Assembly (NCBI GenBank): GCA_947177085.1
Contig: CAMWTD010000001.1
Coordinates: 1 to 34,048, forward strand
Reading direction: 5' to 3'
Source of the DNA: an uncultured Desulfovibrio sp.
GTDB taxonomy: Bacteria; Desulfobacterota; Desulfovibrionia; Desulfovibrionales; Desulfovibrionaceae
DNA length: 34,048 nucleotides
Shown piece after piece: positions 26,429 through 34,048 of this stretch. How positions within the stretch are numbered: position 1 is the stretch's first letter; each line of letters begins with the position of its first letter. A program made the position numbers and the translations under genes. The notes beneath the pieces are model-generated. The model made no database searches. It was given only the letters and a program-made list of their open reading frames with translations, and was not told the DNA's origin.

Positions 26429-27697
26429 ATGCACAAGCTCTATGTGGCCATGGTCGGCCTGCCGGCCCGGGGAAAATCCACCATGGCGCGCCGCATCCGC
26501 GACGGGCTTCTCGCGGAGGGCATTGCCGCCAAAATCTTCAACAATGGCGACGTGCGCCGCCAGTTGCTGGGCTCCGAATCCACGGAGCCGGATTTCTACA
26601 ATCCGGACAACAGTTTCGGCCGCCAGGCGCGGGAGATGATCGCCCGCCGCAACCTGGAGGAGGCCCAGGCCTGGCTCGCGTCCGACGACGGCGAGGTGGC
26701 CATCCTCGACGCCACCAATGCGAGCCGCGCCCGGCGGCAGTTCATCGAGTCCAAGTTGCGGGATCATCCCGTGCTCTTTGTGGAGTGCGTCAACGAGGAC
26801 CCGCTCCTGCTCAACGCCTGCATCCGGCGCAAGGCGGATCTCCCGGAATACGCGTCCTACACCAAGGACGAGGCGCTCAAGAGCTTCCTGAAGCGCATCG
26901 AGTATTACGAGACCATCTACGACCCGCTCACCGACGAAAAATACTGGATGTGCGTGGATTCCACGGCCAACCGCGTGCTCGCCGAACGCCCCTGCGAGAT
27001 TTCGCCCTACTATGCGGCCATCCGCGAGATCGTGGTCAGCGTGTGGACGCCCTGCCTCTACCTCGCGCGCCACGGCCAGACCGAGTTCAACATCCAGGGC
27101 CGCATCGGCGGCGACCCGCCGCTCACGGCCAAGGGCCGCGCCCAGGCCCAGGCGCTGGCGCGCCACATGGAGGGACGCCCCATTGACTGGGTGTTCACCT
27201 CCACGCGCATGCGCTCCCACGAGACGGCCGCGCCCCTGCTGGAAAGCCACCCCGAGGCCCATGTCATGGCCTTGCGTGAATTTGACGAAATCTGGGCCGG
27301 GGACTGCGAAAACATGCTCTACTCGGAAATCCGCGAGAAGATGCCCGAGGTCACGGCCGCCCGCAACGCGGACAAGTATGCCTACGCCTATCCCAATGGC
27401 GAAAGCTACGCCATCCTGCGCGAGCGCGTGCAGCGGGGCCTCCGGCGGGCGCTCTTCCTCGCCGGCGACCAGCCCCTGCTCATCCTCGGGCATCAGGCCA
27501 TCAACCGCGTATTGGTGTCGCTCTTTTTGCGCCAGCGGACGGAAGATGTGCCCTATATCCACATCCCCCAGAACCAGTATTTCCACATCGCGCTCACGCC
27601 GCACCGCAAGCTCTTCGAGCGCATCCCCTACGAGGGCAGCGGCGGTGTGCCCGTGGACAAGGACACGGCCCTCAAGGACCCGCAGATCTATGCCTGA
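26429..27697 (+). CDS. Bifunctional 6-phosphofructo-2-kinase/fructose-2,6-bisphosphatase-like protein
   Basis: N-terminal kinase domain 'MVGLPARGKST', 'FNNGDVRR', 'ILDATN', 'FVEC', 'FLKRIEYY'; C-terminal histidine phosphatase domain 'LARHGQT', 'DEIWAG', 'YP.GESY', 'GHQA'; GGAGG RBS before ATG 26429. Confidence 0.85.
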   Translation: MHKLYVAMVGLPARGKSTMARRIRDGLLAEGIAAKIFNNGDVRRQLLGSESTEPDFYNPDNSFGRQAREMIARRNLEEAQAWLASDDGEVAILDATNASRARRQFIESKLRDHPVLFVECVNEDPLLLNACIRRKADLPEYASYTKDEALKSFLKRIEYYETIYDPLTDEKYWMCVDSTANRVLAERPCEISPYYAAIREIVVSVWTPCLYLARHGQTEFNIQGRIGGDPPLTAKGRAQAQALARHMEGRPIDWVFTSTRMRSHETAAPLLESHPEAHVMALREFDEIWAGDCENMLYSEIREKMPEVTAARNADKYAYAYPNGESYAILRERVQRGLRRALFLAGDQPLLILGHQAINRVLVSLFLRQRTEDVPYIHIPQNQYFHIALTPHRKLFERIPYEGSGGVPVDKDTALKDPQIYA

Positions 27698-27721
27698 GCC
27701 CCAAGAGCGGCCTGAACGCAA

Positions 27722-27769
27722 CGAGCCGCCGGGATGCCATGAAAAGGCGTCCCGGCGGCTCGCGTTTTT
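27722..27769. terminator. Terminator between convergent genes (probably bidirectional)
   Basis: 17-bp stem CGAGCCGCCGGGATGCC (27722-27738) / GGCGTCCCGGCGGCTCG (27746-27762) with one G-U pair, followed by CGTTTTT. Confidence 0.75.
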
Positions 27770-27798
27770 AAGGCGTTTTTGAGGGGGTGTGCGGCGGT

Positions 27799-28230
27799 TC
27801 AGCCCTCGGCGTCTTCGGCCTCCTCCTCTTCGCTTTCAAGGTACTTCAGCAATTCCCGGTCATGGCCGAGGATATGCCTGCTCATCCATTTGCCGCAAAT
27901 GTCGAGGAACTGGTGGATGGCGTCGTCGGAATACTTCCGGTCCTCCATGCGGGAGTAAAGGCGCGGGACGATGCGGTCGCGCATCCCGTCGTGAATGGCC
28001 TTGTGCGCTTCATAGTCACGAAAACCAATGGAGCGCATGAAGGCCTCCTCATCCTCGAAATGCTTCACCACATAGGTGCGCACATACTTGACGGCTTCGG
28101 CGGCGGCCCATTGCGTGTTGCCGCCCACGCGCACCATCTTGTGCAGGCGGTTGATGACGCGGAAAATTTCCCTGTGGGCGGCGTCGATGCTCTCAACGCC
28201 GACTTCGTAGCGTTCGTGCCAATCCAGCAT
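27799..28230 (-). CDS. Single-domain bacteriohemerythrin
   Basis: 'W..RY.VGV.SIDAAH', 'HFEDEE.FM', 'H KAI H', 'W..RHI...D' iron-ligand pattern; GAGG RBS before ATG 28230. Confidence 0.9.
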   Translation of the reverse strand: MLDWHERYEVGVESIDAAHREIFRVINRLHKMVRVGGNTQWAAAEAVKYVRTYVVKHFEDEEAFMRSIGFRDYEAHKAIHDGMRDRIVPRLYSRMEDRKYSDDAIHQFLDICGKWMSRHILGHDRELLKYLESEEEEAEDAEG

Positions 28231-28366
28231 GCGGAACCTCACGGGTGACAGGTGACCGTGCCGGAAATCGGGAACACGGGAAGAGTGCCGCCTGCTACCA
28301 CGGGGCCCACGCGCCGTCAATGCCTGTTCCGGTCCCGGCGCCCTTCGGGGACGGGCGGGCCCGGCG

Positions 28367-30205
28367 TCATTCCGTGAGGGGCCGGCATTGCAGGGGCAGG
28401 ATGTCCGGGGAAAGCGGCCCGGCGTTGGGGTTGACGAGCCAGATGCGGTCTTTCCGCGCCAGTGCCAGATTGGCGGAAGCTCCGGCCGGCCGCCCGGCCT
28501 TGTCGCGCTCAAGGCCGATGTCCGCGCGCGCGAAGAGCAGCAGCGTGAGATAACGCCCCCACCCCTCGCCCGAGCCAGCGAGGCCGCGCAAGGGCTCGGC
28601 CAGCCAGTCCGGCAGGCGGGCCAGCAGGGCCGGATAGCCGTCATAATAGACGGAGATTTTGCCCGTGAAGGCCTCCCGCGCGGGGTCCGGCGCCACGATT
28701 TCGATGCGCCCCCTGTCCAGCGCGAGCGCGAGGTTGGCATAGCGGGGATCGCGTTCCGCGCGCGCCCGCAGGGCCTCACCGCCGGCGCAGGCGCGCCGCG
28801 CCCCCGTCTTTCTTCAGCACCACCCGGTCCCCGCCATGCCAGGCGGCCATGGCGCGGTTCACCCAGAAATCGGGATTTTCCGAAATGTCGTTCAGGCCGC
28901 CCCCCAGGGGCTGCCAGCGGTCGGGCCCGGTGCGCAGCGGCGGAAGCTCGGCCACGCCCCCCGGGAAGCGGCGAGGATGGCCTCCCGGGACGCCACTTCC
29001 GCATCCAGGCGGTAAAATTTCCAGCCTTCGACGCAGACGCTCAGCAGGGCCGCGAGGGCCACCAGCCTCGCGGCAAGGGCGAACCTGCGCCGCACCGCCG
29101 GGCTTGCCCCGGACAGCGCCGCGTTGGACACCACGGCCGCGCACATGACGAGCTGGGCCGCGCTGGTGGCAAAGGCCCGGGACGGCGGCCATGCGGTGAA
29201 AAGGTAGGCGGCGTGGGTGAGCAGCGCGGGCAGGAGAAAAAGCAGGGCGGCCACGGGGAAATGGCGCCACCAGCCGGCCCCGAAGCGCTTTTTCAGGGCG
29301 GCCAGCCCCAGGAGCAGCCACAGCAGGGGCAGCCATTGGGCCAGGGCAGCCCCCGGCACCTGCGCGAGCGAGCCGAGGAGCCGTGCGCCCCAGCCGGAGG
29401 CAAGCCACTCGAGGACGGCCGCGTCATGCGTGAGGAGCAGCCGCTGGGCGTTCCCCGGAGCAAGAAAAGTGGCGGCCGCGCCGAGGCACAGGCCCGCCGT
29501 TCCGGCAAGCAGCACACAGAGTTCCCGGCCCGTGAGGTGTCTGCAGAAGCGCAGATACAGGCAGGCGGCGATGGCCGTGGGCGGGAGCGCCGCGCTGGTG
29601 GCGAAGTCCAGCGAGGCCCCGAAGCAGCACAACAGGAAAAAGCCCGGGCATTTCAGGAAAACTCCCGGCCCGGCATTGCGGGGCGCGCGGTCGAGCGCCA
29701 GGCGGAAGGGCACGAATATGGCGGCCTGGGCGAGCAGGGCCATCTGGCCGCCCACGGAAAGCCAGAAATAGGCCTCGCCGAAGGAGGGGATGGCGAGCCA
29801 CAGCAGGGCCGCGATGCCGAAAATCCAGCCCGGCGAGAGGCGCTCGCGCCAGGCGCCGCCGAAGATGCACACTTGCGTCAGCAAGATCTGCAGGGCGAAC
29901 AGCAGGGCGGAGAGCAGGCAAAAGGCCGGGCGCGGCAGCAGGAAGAGCAGATATACCGACAGATTGCCCGCAAAGCGCCCGCACCAGGTAAAGTACATTT
30001 CGCAGGCCTGGGCCAGGGCCGCCCCAAGGCTCATGGGCTGCATGGTGACGGGCGAGCCCGTGTAAAAGGCCGCGAAACCCGGGGAGATGGCGCGGCTGAA
30101 GATGTAGTTGTCCGCCATCAGGGGGGCTTTGAGGGAGAAAAAGAGGAAGACGCCCCCCACGGCGAGCAGGCTGGCCGCAACGGCGAAACCGGAGCGCCCC
30201 CGCAT
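28367..30205 (-). pseudogene. DUF6056-like polytopic membrane protein (possible GT-C-type glycosyltransferase), frameshifted in this sequence
   Basis: 'PLMADNY', 'YFTWCGRF', 'FW', 'APGNAQR' in ORF 28892-30205; the family-like C-terminus 'LPPL...DISENPDFWVNRAMAAWHG' lies in another frame after a G6 run at 28957-28962; a coding-like open frame continues from ~28812 to 28367. Confidence 0.65.
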
Positions 30206-30211
30206 GGCGCC

Positions 30212-30553
30212 CTACCGGGAAACCACCAGCGCTATGCCGACGCCCACAAAAAGGAAGCCGAGCAACTGAACGCCGTCAACAGGTTCGTGCAGGATAAGCC
30301 AGGCGCCGGTCACGGTGAAGATATACTGCGAGGCGAGCACCGTCTGGGCCACGGTGAGCGGCACATAGCGCAGCAGCCAGGAATAGGCCAGGCCCCCGAT
30401 GCCGAAGCAGGCGAGGCCGAAAAAGGAGCGCCAGCTTAAAAAGTTCAGCAGCAGCGGCACGGGCTTGTCGCCCGACCCCAGCTTGAGCAGGAGGCTGCCG
30501 CACACATTGGTCAGCACGAGGGGCATGAGGTAGAGCCAGTGCGGGATGGTCAT
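30212..30553 (-). CDS. Small four-TM SMR/EamA-like protein (ArnE/ArnF-like flippase candidate)
   Basis: 113 aa from MTIPHW (ATG 30553, ATGA overlap with asnB); 'SLLLKLG', 'LLRYVPLTVA', 'ILHEPV...QLLG..F...GI.LV'. Confidence 0.75.
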   Translation of the reverse strand: MTIPHWLYLMPLVLTNVCGSLLLKLGSGDKPVPLLLNFLSWRSFFGLACFGIGGLAYSWLLRYVPLTVAQTVLASQYIFTVTGAWLILHEPVDGVQLLGFLFVGVGIALVVSR

Positions 30554-32397
30554 GCGAATTCCGGTGCAAGGTGCGCCCACGCCTGCATATCCCAGAGGAA
30601 GTAGCGGAAATCGCCCTTGCGCTGTTTGTGGAGGTTGCGGCAGTGCCCGGCCGCGCCCGGCTTCAGGCCCGGCACGTTCGCCTGGGGCGCGGGCAGCGAG
30701 CGCAACCAGCGGTTGAGAGGGATCCCGAAGCCCTTCTTGGGCTGGTGGAGGATATCCGGCGGCAGCCAGGGCTCCAGCGCCAGCTTGAGCAGCCACTTAC
30801 GCTTGCCGTTGCGATACTTGAAGCGCATGGGGAGGCGGCGGCAAAAATCCACGAGGTCGTTGTCCAGAAAGACGGCGCGGGTCTCGAGCGAGACCTGCAT
30901 GCTGGCTCTGTCGGACTTCACCAGGATGTCGTCGCAAAGGTAGAGGCAGGCAAAAAACAGGAAGGCCTGTTCGAGGGGCGTGGCTTCCGGGTGCCCGCGC
31001 CACAGGGTCACGGCATCGGCGAAAAGTTCGGCGGCGTCCAGTGGGCGCTCGAAAAAGGCGGCGATCTCCGCCGGGTCGAGACCGCTCATCCACACGGGGA
31101 TCTGCATGGTTTCGGGCCAGCCGAGGCCGCGCAACAGGCGCTTTACGCGAAATTCCAGGCTCATGTTGCGGTCCTGCGCGGGTACGAGGGCGGCGCAGGC
31201 CCGGAACAGACGGTGCAGGGCGCCGGGAACGAGCCTGCGATAAAGCCGCGCGGGCCCGATGGCCGCCAGGGGGTCGTAGCCGCCCAGAAGCTCGTCGCCG
31301 CCGTCCCCGGTGAGGGCCACGGTCACATGTTGGCGGGCAAAGGCGCACAGGTGGAAGGTGGGGATGAGCGAGGCGTCGCCAAAGGGTTCGCTCATGCGCG
31401 AGAGCACCGCGCCGAGGGAGTCCCGCACCTCGGCCTGCGAGAGGGGCTGGCAGTGGTTGCGCACCCCGAGGTGCCGGGCGACCCTGGCCGCCTTGGCGGA
31501 TTCGTCGAAACTTTTTTCCGTGAAGCCGATGGTGAAGGTTTCGATCTCCCCGGCCTCCGCCGCGCGCACGGCGGCCGCGAGCACCGCCCCGGAGTCGAGC
31601 CCGCCGGAGAGGAAGATGCCCAGGGGCACATCCGCCAGCAGGCGGCGCTTCACGGCCTGGACCAGCAGGCGGCGCAGTTCTTCGGCAAGCTCGGGCGCGT
31701 GCCTGTCCGTGAGGGCCTCGTCCGGCTCGAGGCGGTACTCCCAGTAGGGGGTAATCTCCATGGCGCCGGTGTCGAGGTCAAGACGAAGGAAGCTCCCCGG
31801 GGGGACGCTCGCGCAGTTCCGGTGGATGGTGCGCTCGCCCGGCAGGTAGTTCCAGGCGAAAAAACGCTGGATATTGCCCCTGTCGGGCGCGCGGTCAAAG
31901 GCCGGCCAGAGCCTGAGCGCGCCGATCTCGCTCGCGAAGGCGAAGCCACGCGCGGAGCGGGCGTAAAAAAGGGGCTTTTCGCCGAAACGGTCCCGCGCCA
32001 GCCAGAGCCGGCGCGCGCGCGCATCGTAGAGGGCCAGGGCGAACATGCCGTTAAAGCGGCGGAAGCAGTCGGGCCCCCAGGCGGCGAAGGCGCGGAGCAC
32101 GGTTTCGGTGTCGCTGTGCCCGCTCGTGAAGGTGTGGCCCTCCTTTTCCAGTTCCCGGCGCAGTTCCGCATGGTTGTAGATCTCGCCGTTATAGACGAGC
32201 GTAAGCTCGCGGGCCTGGTCGCGCATGGGCTGGGAGCCGCCCCGGATGTCAACGACGGAAAGACGCCGGTGCCCCAGGGCCACGGCGTCGTCCAGGAAAA
32301 GGCCCTCGGCGTCCGGGCCGCGATGGGCGAGGGCCCGGGTCATGGCGAGGAGCGCCTCTCTGTCGCCCCCTCCCCAGAAGCCGGCTATTCCGCACAT
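30550..32397 (-). CDS. asnB: Asparagine synthase-family glutamine amidotransferase (probably acting on a glycan or lipid-linked sugar)
   Basis: N-terminal MCGIAG (Ntn Cys), 'HRGPD', 'YNGEIYN', 'RDRFGEKPL', PP-loop 'LSGGLDS', 'GDGGDEL.GGY'. Confidence 0.9.
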   Translation of the reverse strand: MCGIAGFWGGGDREALLAMTRALAHRGPDAEGLFLDDAVALGHRRLSVVDIRGGSQPMRDQARELTLVYNGEIYNHAELRRELEKEGHTFTSGHSDTETVLRAFAAWGPDCFRRFNGMFALALYDARARRLWLARDRFGEKPLFYARSARGFAFASEIGALRLWPAFDRAPDRGNIQRFFAWNYLPGERTIHRNCASVPPGSFLRLDLDTGAMEITPYWEYRLEPDEALTDRHAPELAEELRRLLVQAVKRRLLADVPLGIFLSGGLDSGAVLAAAVRAAEAGEIETFTIGFTEKSFDESAKAARVARHLGVRNHCQPLSQAEVRDSLGAVLSRMSEPFGDASLIPTFHLCAFARQHVTVALTGDGGDELLGGYDPLAAIGPARLYRRLVPGALHRLFRACAALVPAQDRNMSLEFRVKRLLRGLGWPETMQIPVWMSGLDPAEIAAFFERPLDAAELFADAVTLWRGHPEATPLEQAFLFFACLYLCDDILVKSDRASMQVSLETRAVFLDNDLVDFCRRLPMRFKYRNGKRKWLLKLALEPWLPPDILHQPKKGFGIPLNRWLRSLPAPQANVPGLKPGAAGHCRNLHKQRKGDFRYFLWDMQAWAHLAPEFA

Positions 32398-33356
32398 TCG
32401 TCATGCTCCGGCGCGGGCGGCGGGAAGTTGATCTTCTCGCGGATGCTGTAGGGGCGCCCCTGCTGCGACTCAAAATAGGTGCGGGACATGACCTCGGCCA
32501 AAAGGCCCATGAGGATGCACATGCAGCCCAAAAGGAAGCACAGGCCCGCGAACAGCGGCAGCGGCGTCTGGATGAGGCTCGTGGCGAAAAAGAATTTCAG
32601 GACGAGCGCCCACAGCAGGGAAATGAGGGAAAGAAAGAAGGCCAGGAAGCCAAAGCCCCCGAAAACATAGATGGGCTTGGTGAGGTAGCGCGAAAGAAAC
32701 TTGACCACGAGCAGGTCTAGCAGGACCTTGAAGATGCGTTCCAGGCCGTATTTGGATGCGCCGTGCCGGCGCGGATGGTGGGTGACGGGGATCTCCGCCA
32801 CTTTCGCGCCCTGCCAGGAGGCGTAGATGGGGATGAAGCGGTGCATCTCGCCATACAGGCGCACATCCTTGAGAGCGCGCCTGCGGTAGGCCTTGAGGGT
32901 GCAGCCGTAATCGTGGAGGCGCACCCCGGAAATGCCGGAAATGAGGGCGTTGGCCACACGGCTCGGGAAGTTGCGCTTGATGGGATTGTCCTTCCTGTCC
33001 TTGCGCCAGCCGGAAACCACGTCGTAGCCTTCGTCGATCTTTTCCAGCAAACGCGGGATGTCCGCGGGGTCGTTCTGCAGGTCGCTGTCCATGAACACCA
33101 GGGTGTCGCCGGAGGCGTGGTCGATGCCCGCCTGGATGGCGGCCGTCTGCCCCCTGTTGACGGCGAGGGCAAGCACCTTGAAGCGCGGGTCTTTTTGCGC
33201 CTGCGCGGCCAGAAGTTCCGCCGAGCTGTCCGAGCTGCCGTCATCGACGAGGATGACCTCCAGTTCGGGGAGCTTTGTCGCCGCCTGTTCAATGGCCGCA
33301 AAAAGGCCCGGCAGGCTGCCTTCCTCGTTGTATACCGGGATTATCAGGCTGATCAT
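32385..33356 (-). CDS. GT2 polyprenyl-phosphate glycosyltransferase (ArnC/GtrB/DPM-synthase-like)
   Basis: 'IPVYNEE', 'VDDGSSD', 'NRGQTAA', 'MDSDLQNDP', 'DYGCTLKAYR', 'EMHRFIP', two C-terminal TM helices. Confidence 0.9.
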   Translation of the reverse strand: MISLIIPVYNEEGSLPGLFAAIEQAATKLPELEVILVDDGSSDSSAELLAAQAQKDPRFKVLALAVNRGQTAAIQAGIDHASGDTLVFMDSDLQNDPADIPRLLEKIDEGYDVVSGWRKDRKDNPIKRNFPSRVANALISGISGVRLHDYGCTLKAYRRRALKDVRLYGEMHRFIPIYASWQGAKVAEIPVTHHPRRHGASKYGLERIFKVLLDLLVVKFLSRYLTKPIYVFGGFGFLAFFLSLISLLWALVLKFFFATSLIQTPLPLFAGLCFLLGCMCILMGLLAEVMSRTYFESQQGRPYSIREKINFPPPAPEHDECAE

Positions 33357-33574
33357 ACGCGATGTCGTTACCCGAAGGGCACAACCCCCGGGAAGGGTTG
33401 GGGTTCAGAGCGCGCAGGCGTCCTTAGTTTTATAACATTTTTATTAATCGATTTTATGCGTTTTGTCCAGAGAGGTCTACGTGCGAGAATCCTGAAGCAG
33501 ACTCATGTGCCTCCCCTGCGCTCTTTCGTGGTCTGGTAAACGTGGGCGCGGGCCTTCTGTGCTAATGTCTGGCA

Positions 33575-33871
33575 TGACGCCCTGCGCTTTTGCAGTCCTC
33601 TAAAATAGCTTCGGTTCCTACTTCTACAGACAGGCGATAGCTGGGGAGATGTATGGCTATCAGCAGCCGATGGCGCACGAAATACGAGGCAGCAGCCCGG
33701 CGATTTACTCCTGCAATTTCTCTGTCAGCTCGCGTGGTTGCGCTAGGAACCAAAAATCTTATAATATCTCCGTATTGGTACGTATTTAATCGATTTAAAC
33801 ACTCGTACATAACCTATACCTGCAATTTCTTCTTAGCTAGCACCGCTCCAAATATTAACCTTAGGACAGCC
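33575..33871 (-). mobile_element. Decayed IS1595-family (IS1016-like) transposase fragment with a possible left terminal repeat
   Basis: ORF 33810-33562 'RL..YQ..II..LV..ATTRA..EIAGVNRR.A.SYF.R.RLLIA.HLPSYRLS.EV' resembles the IS1016 transposase N-terminus; the next motif (ESYFGG.RK) reappears frameshifted as SYFRGLQKRR from 33610; GGCTGTCCTA at 33871-33862 resembles IS1016 ends. Confidence 0.7.
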
Positions 33872-33941
33872 TTAATTATAATTATCGCACCTGTACATTT
33901 AGGCTAACTTCAAGGTCTACTTCGTGAGACTACAATAGTTC

Positions 33942-34046
33942 TCAAACTTCTTCTGGCATGCTATGGGGGTAATGACAGATCATATATACATATTTGGGGA
34001 GGAAGAATAGCATAAAGCAACAAATAAGATGAGAGATGAATACAAT
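33942..34046 (-). CDS. Possible 3' end of an AT-rich membrane-protein gene entering from the right edge
   Basis: Open frame IVFISHLICCFMLFFLPKYVYMICHYPHSMPEEV* is hydrophobic but only 34 codons are visible. Confidence 0.25.
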   Translation of the reverse strand: MVFISHLICCFMLFFLPKYVYMICHYPHSMPEEV

Positions 34047-34048
34047 AA

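Noticed and set aside
28776-28894. Selenocysteine or TGA read-through explaining the three in-frame TGA codons
   Set aside because: The read-through peptide is not family-like, while the shifted frame gives the expected motif; frameshifts explain it better.
28231-29004. Apparent 401-aa hemerythrin fusion protein
   Set aside because: The upstream part is Arg/Pro/Gly-rich out-of-frame translation over the DUF6056-like gene; an RBS and ATG at 28230 define a single-domain protein.
33653-33907. 84-aa plus-strand ORF in the AT-rich end
   Set aside because: It is antisense to the transposase remnant and has no RBS or recognisable motif.

Overview
A GC-rich chromosomal segment from a sulfate-reducing bacterium, almost certainly Desulfovibrio or a close relative. 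Left to right: (1) a minus-strand TolC/HlyD/two-ABC-2-permease export operon with no ATPase gene; (2) the dissimilatory sulfate-reduction core aprBA-qmoABC plus a conserved downstream hypothetical ('qmoD'/DVU0851-like), with a Rex-like operator upstream of aprB; (3) argD, dut, aroE and aroQ; (4) a complete hdrCBA-flxCD-flxB-flxA electron-bifurcation operon whose FlxA carries a long Ala/Lys/Pro-rich N-terminal extension; (5) a ~590 bp intergenic region holding a nested palindromic element with 14-bp terminal inverted repeats and a consensus sigma-54 promoter for an 82-aa unknown protein; (6) tyrS, a eukaryote-type 6-phosphofructo-2-kinase/fructose-2,6-bisphosphatase and a hemerythrin; (7) a minus-strand surface-glycosylation-like cassette (GT2 polyprenyl-phosphate glycosyltransferase, AsnB-type amidotransferase, small SMR/EamA-like protein, DUF6056-like membrane protein disrupted by frameshifts); (8) an AT-rich right end with a decayed IS1595/IS1016-like transposase. 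No rRNA, tRNA or CRISPR array was recognised. All family assignments come from motif recognition by eye, not from database searches.
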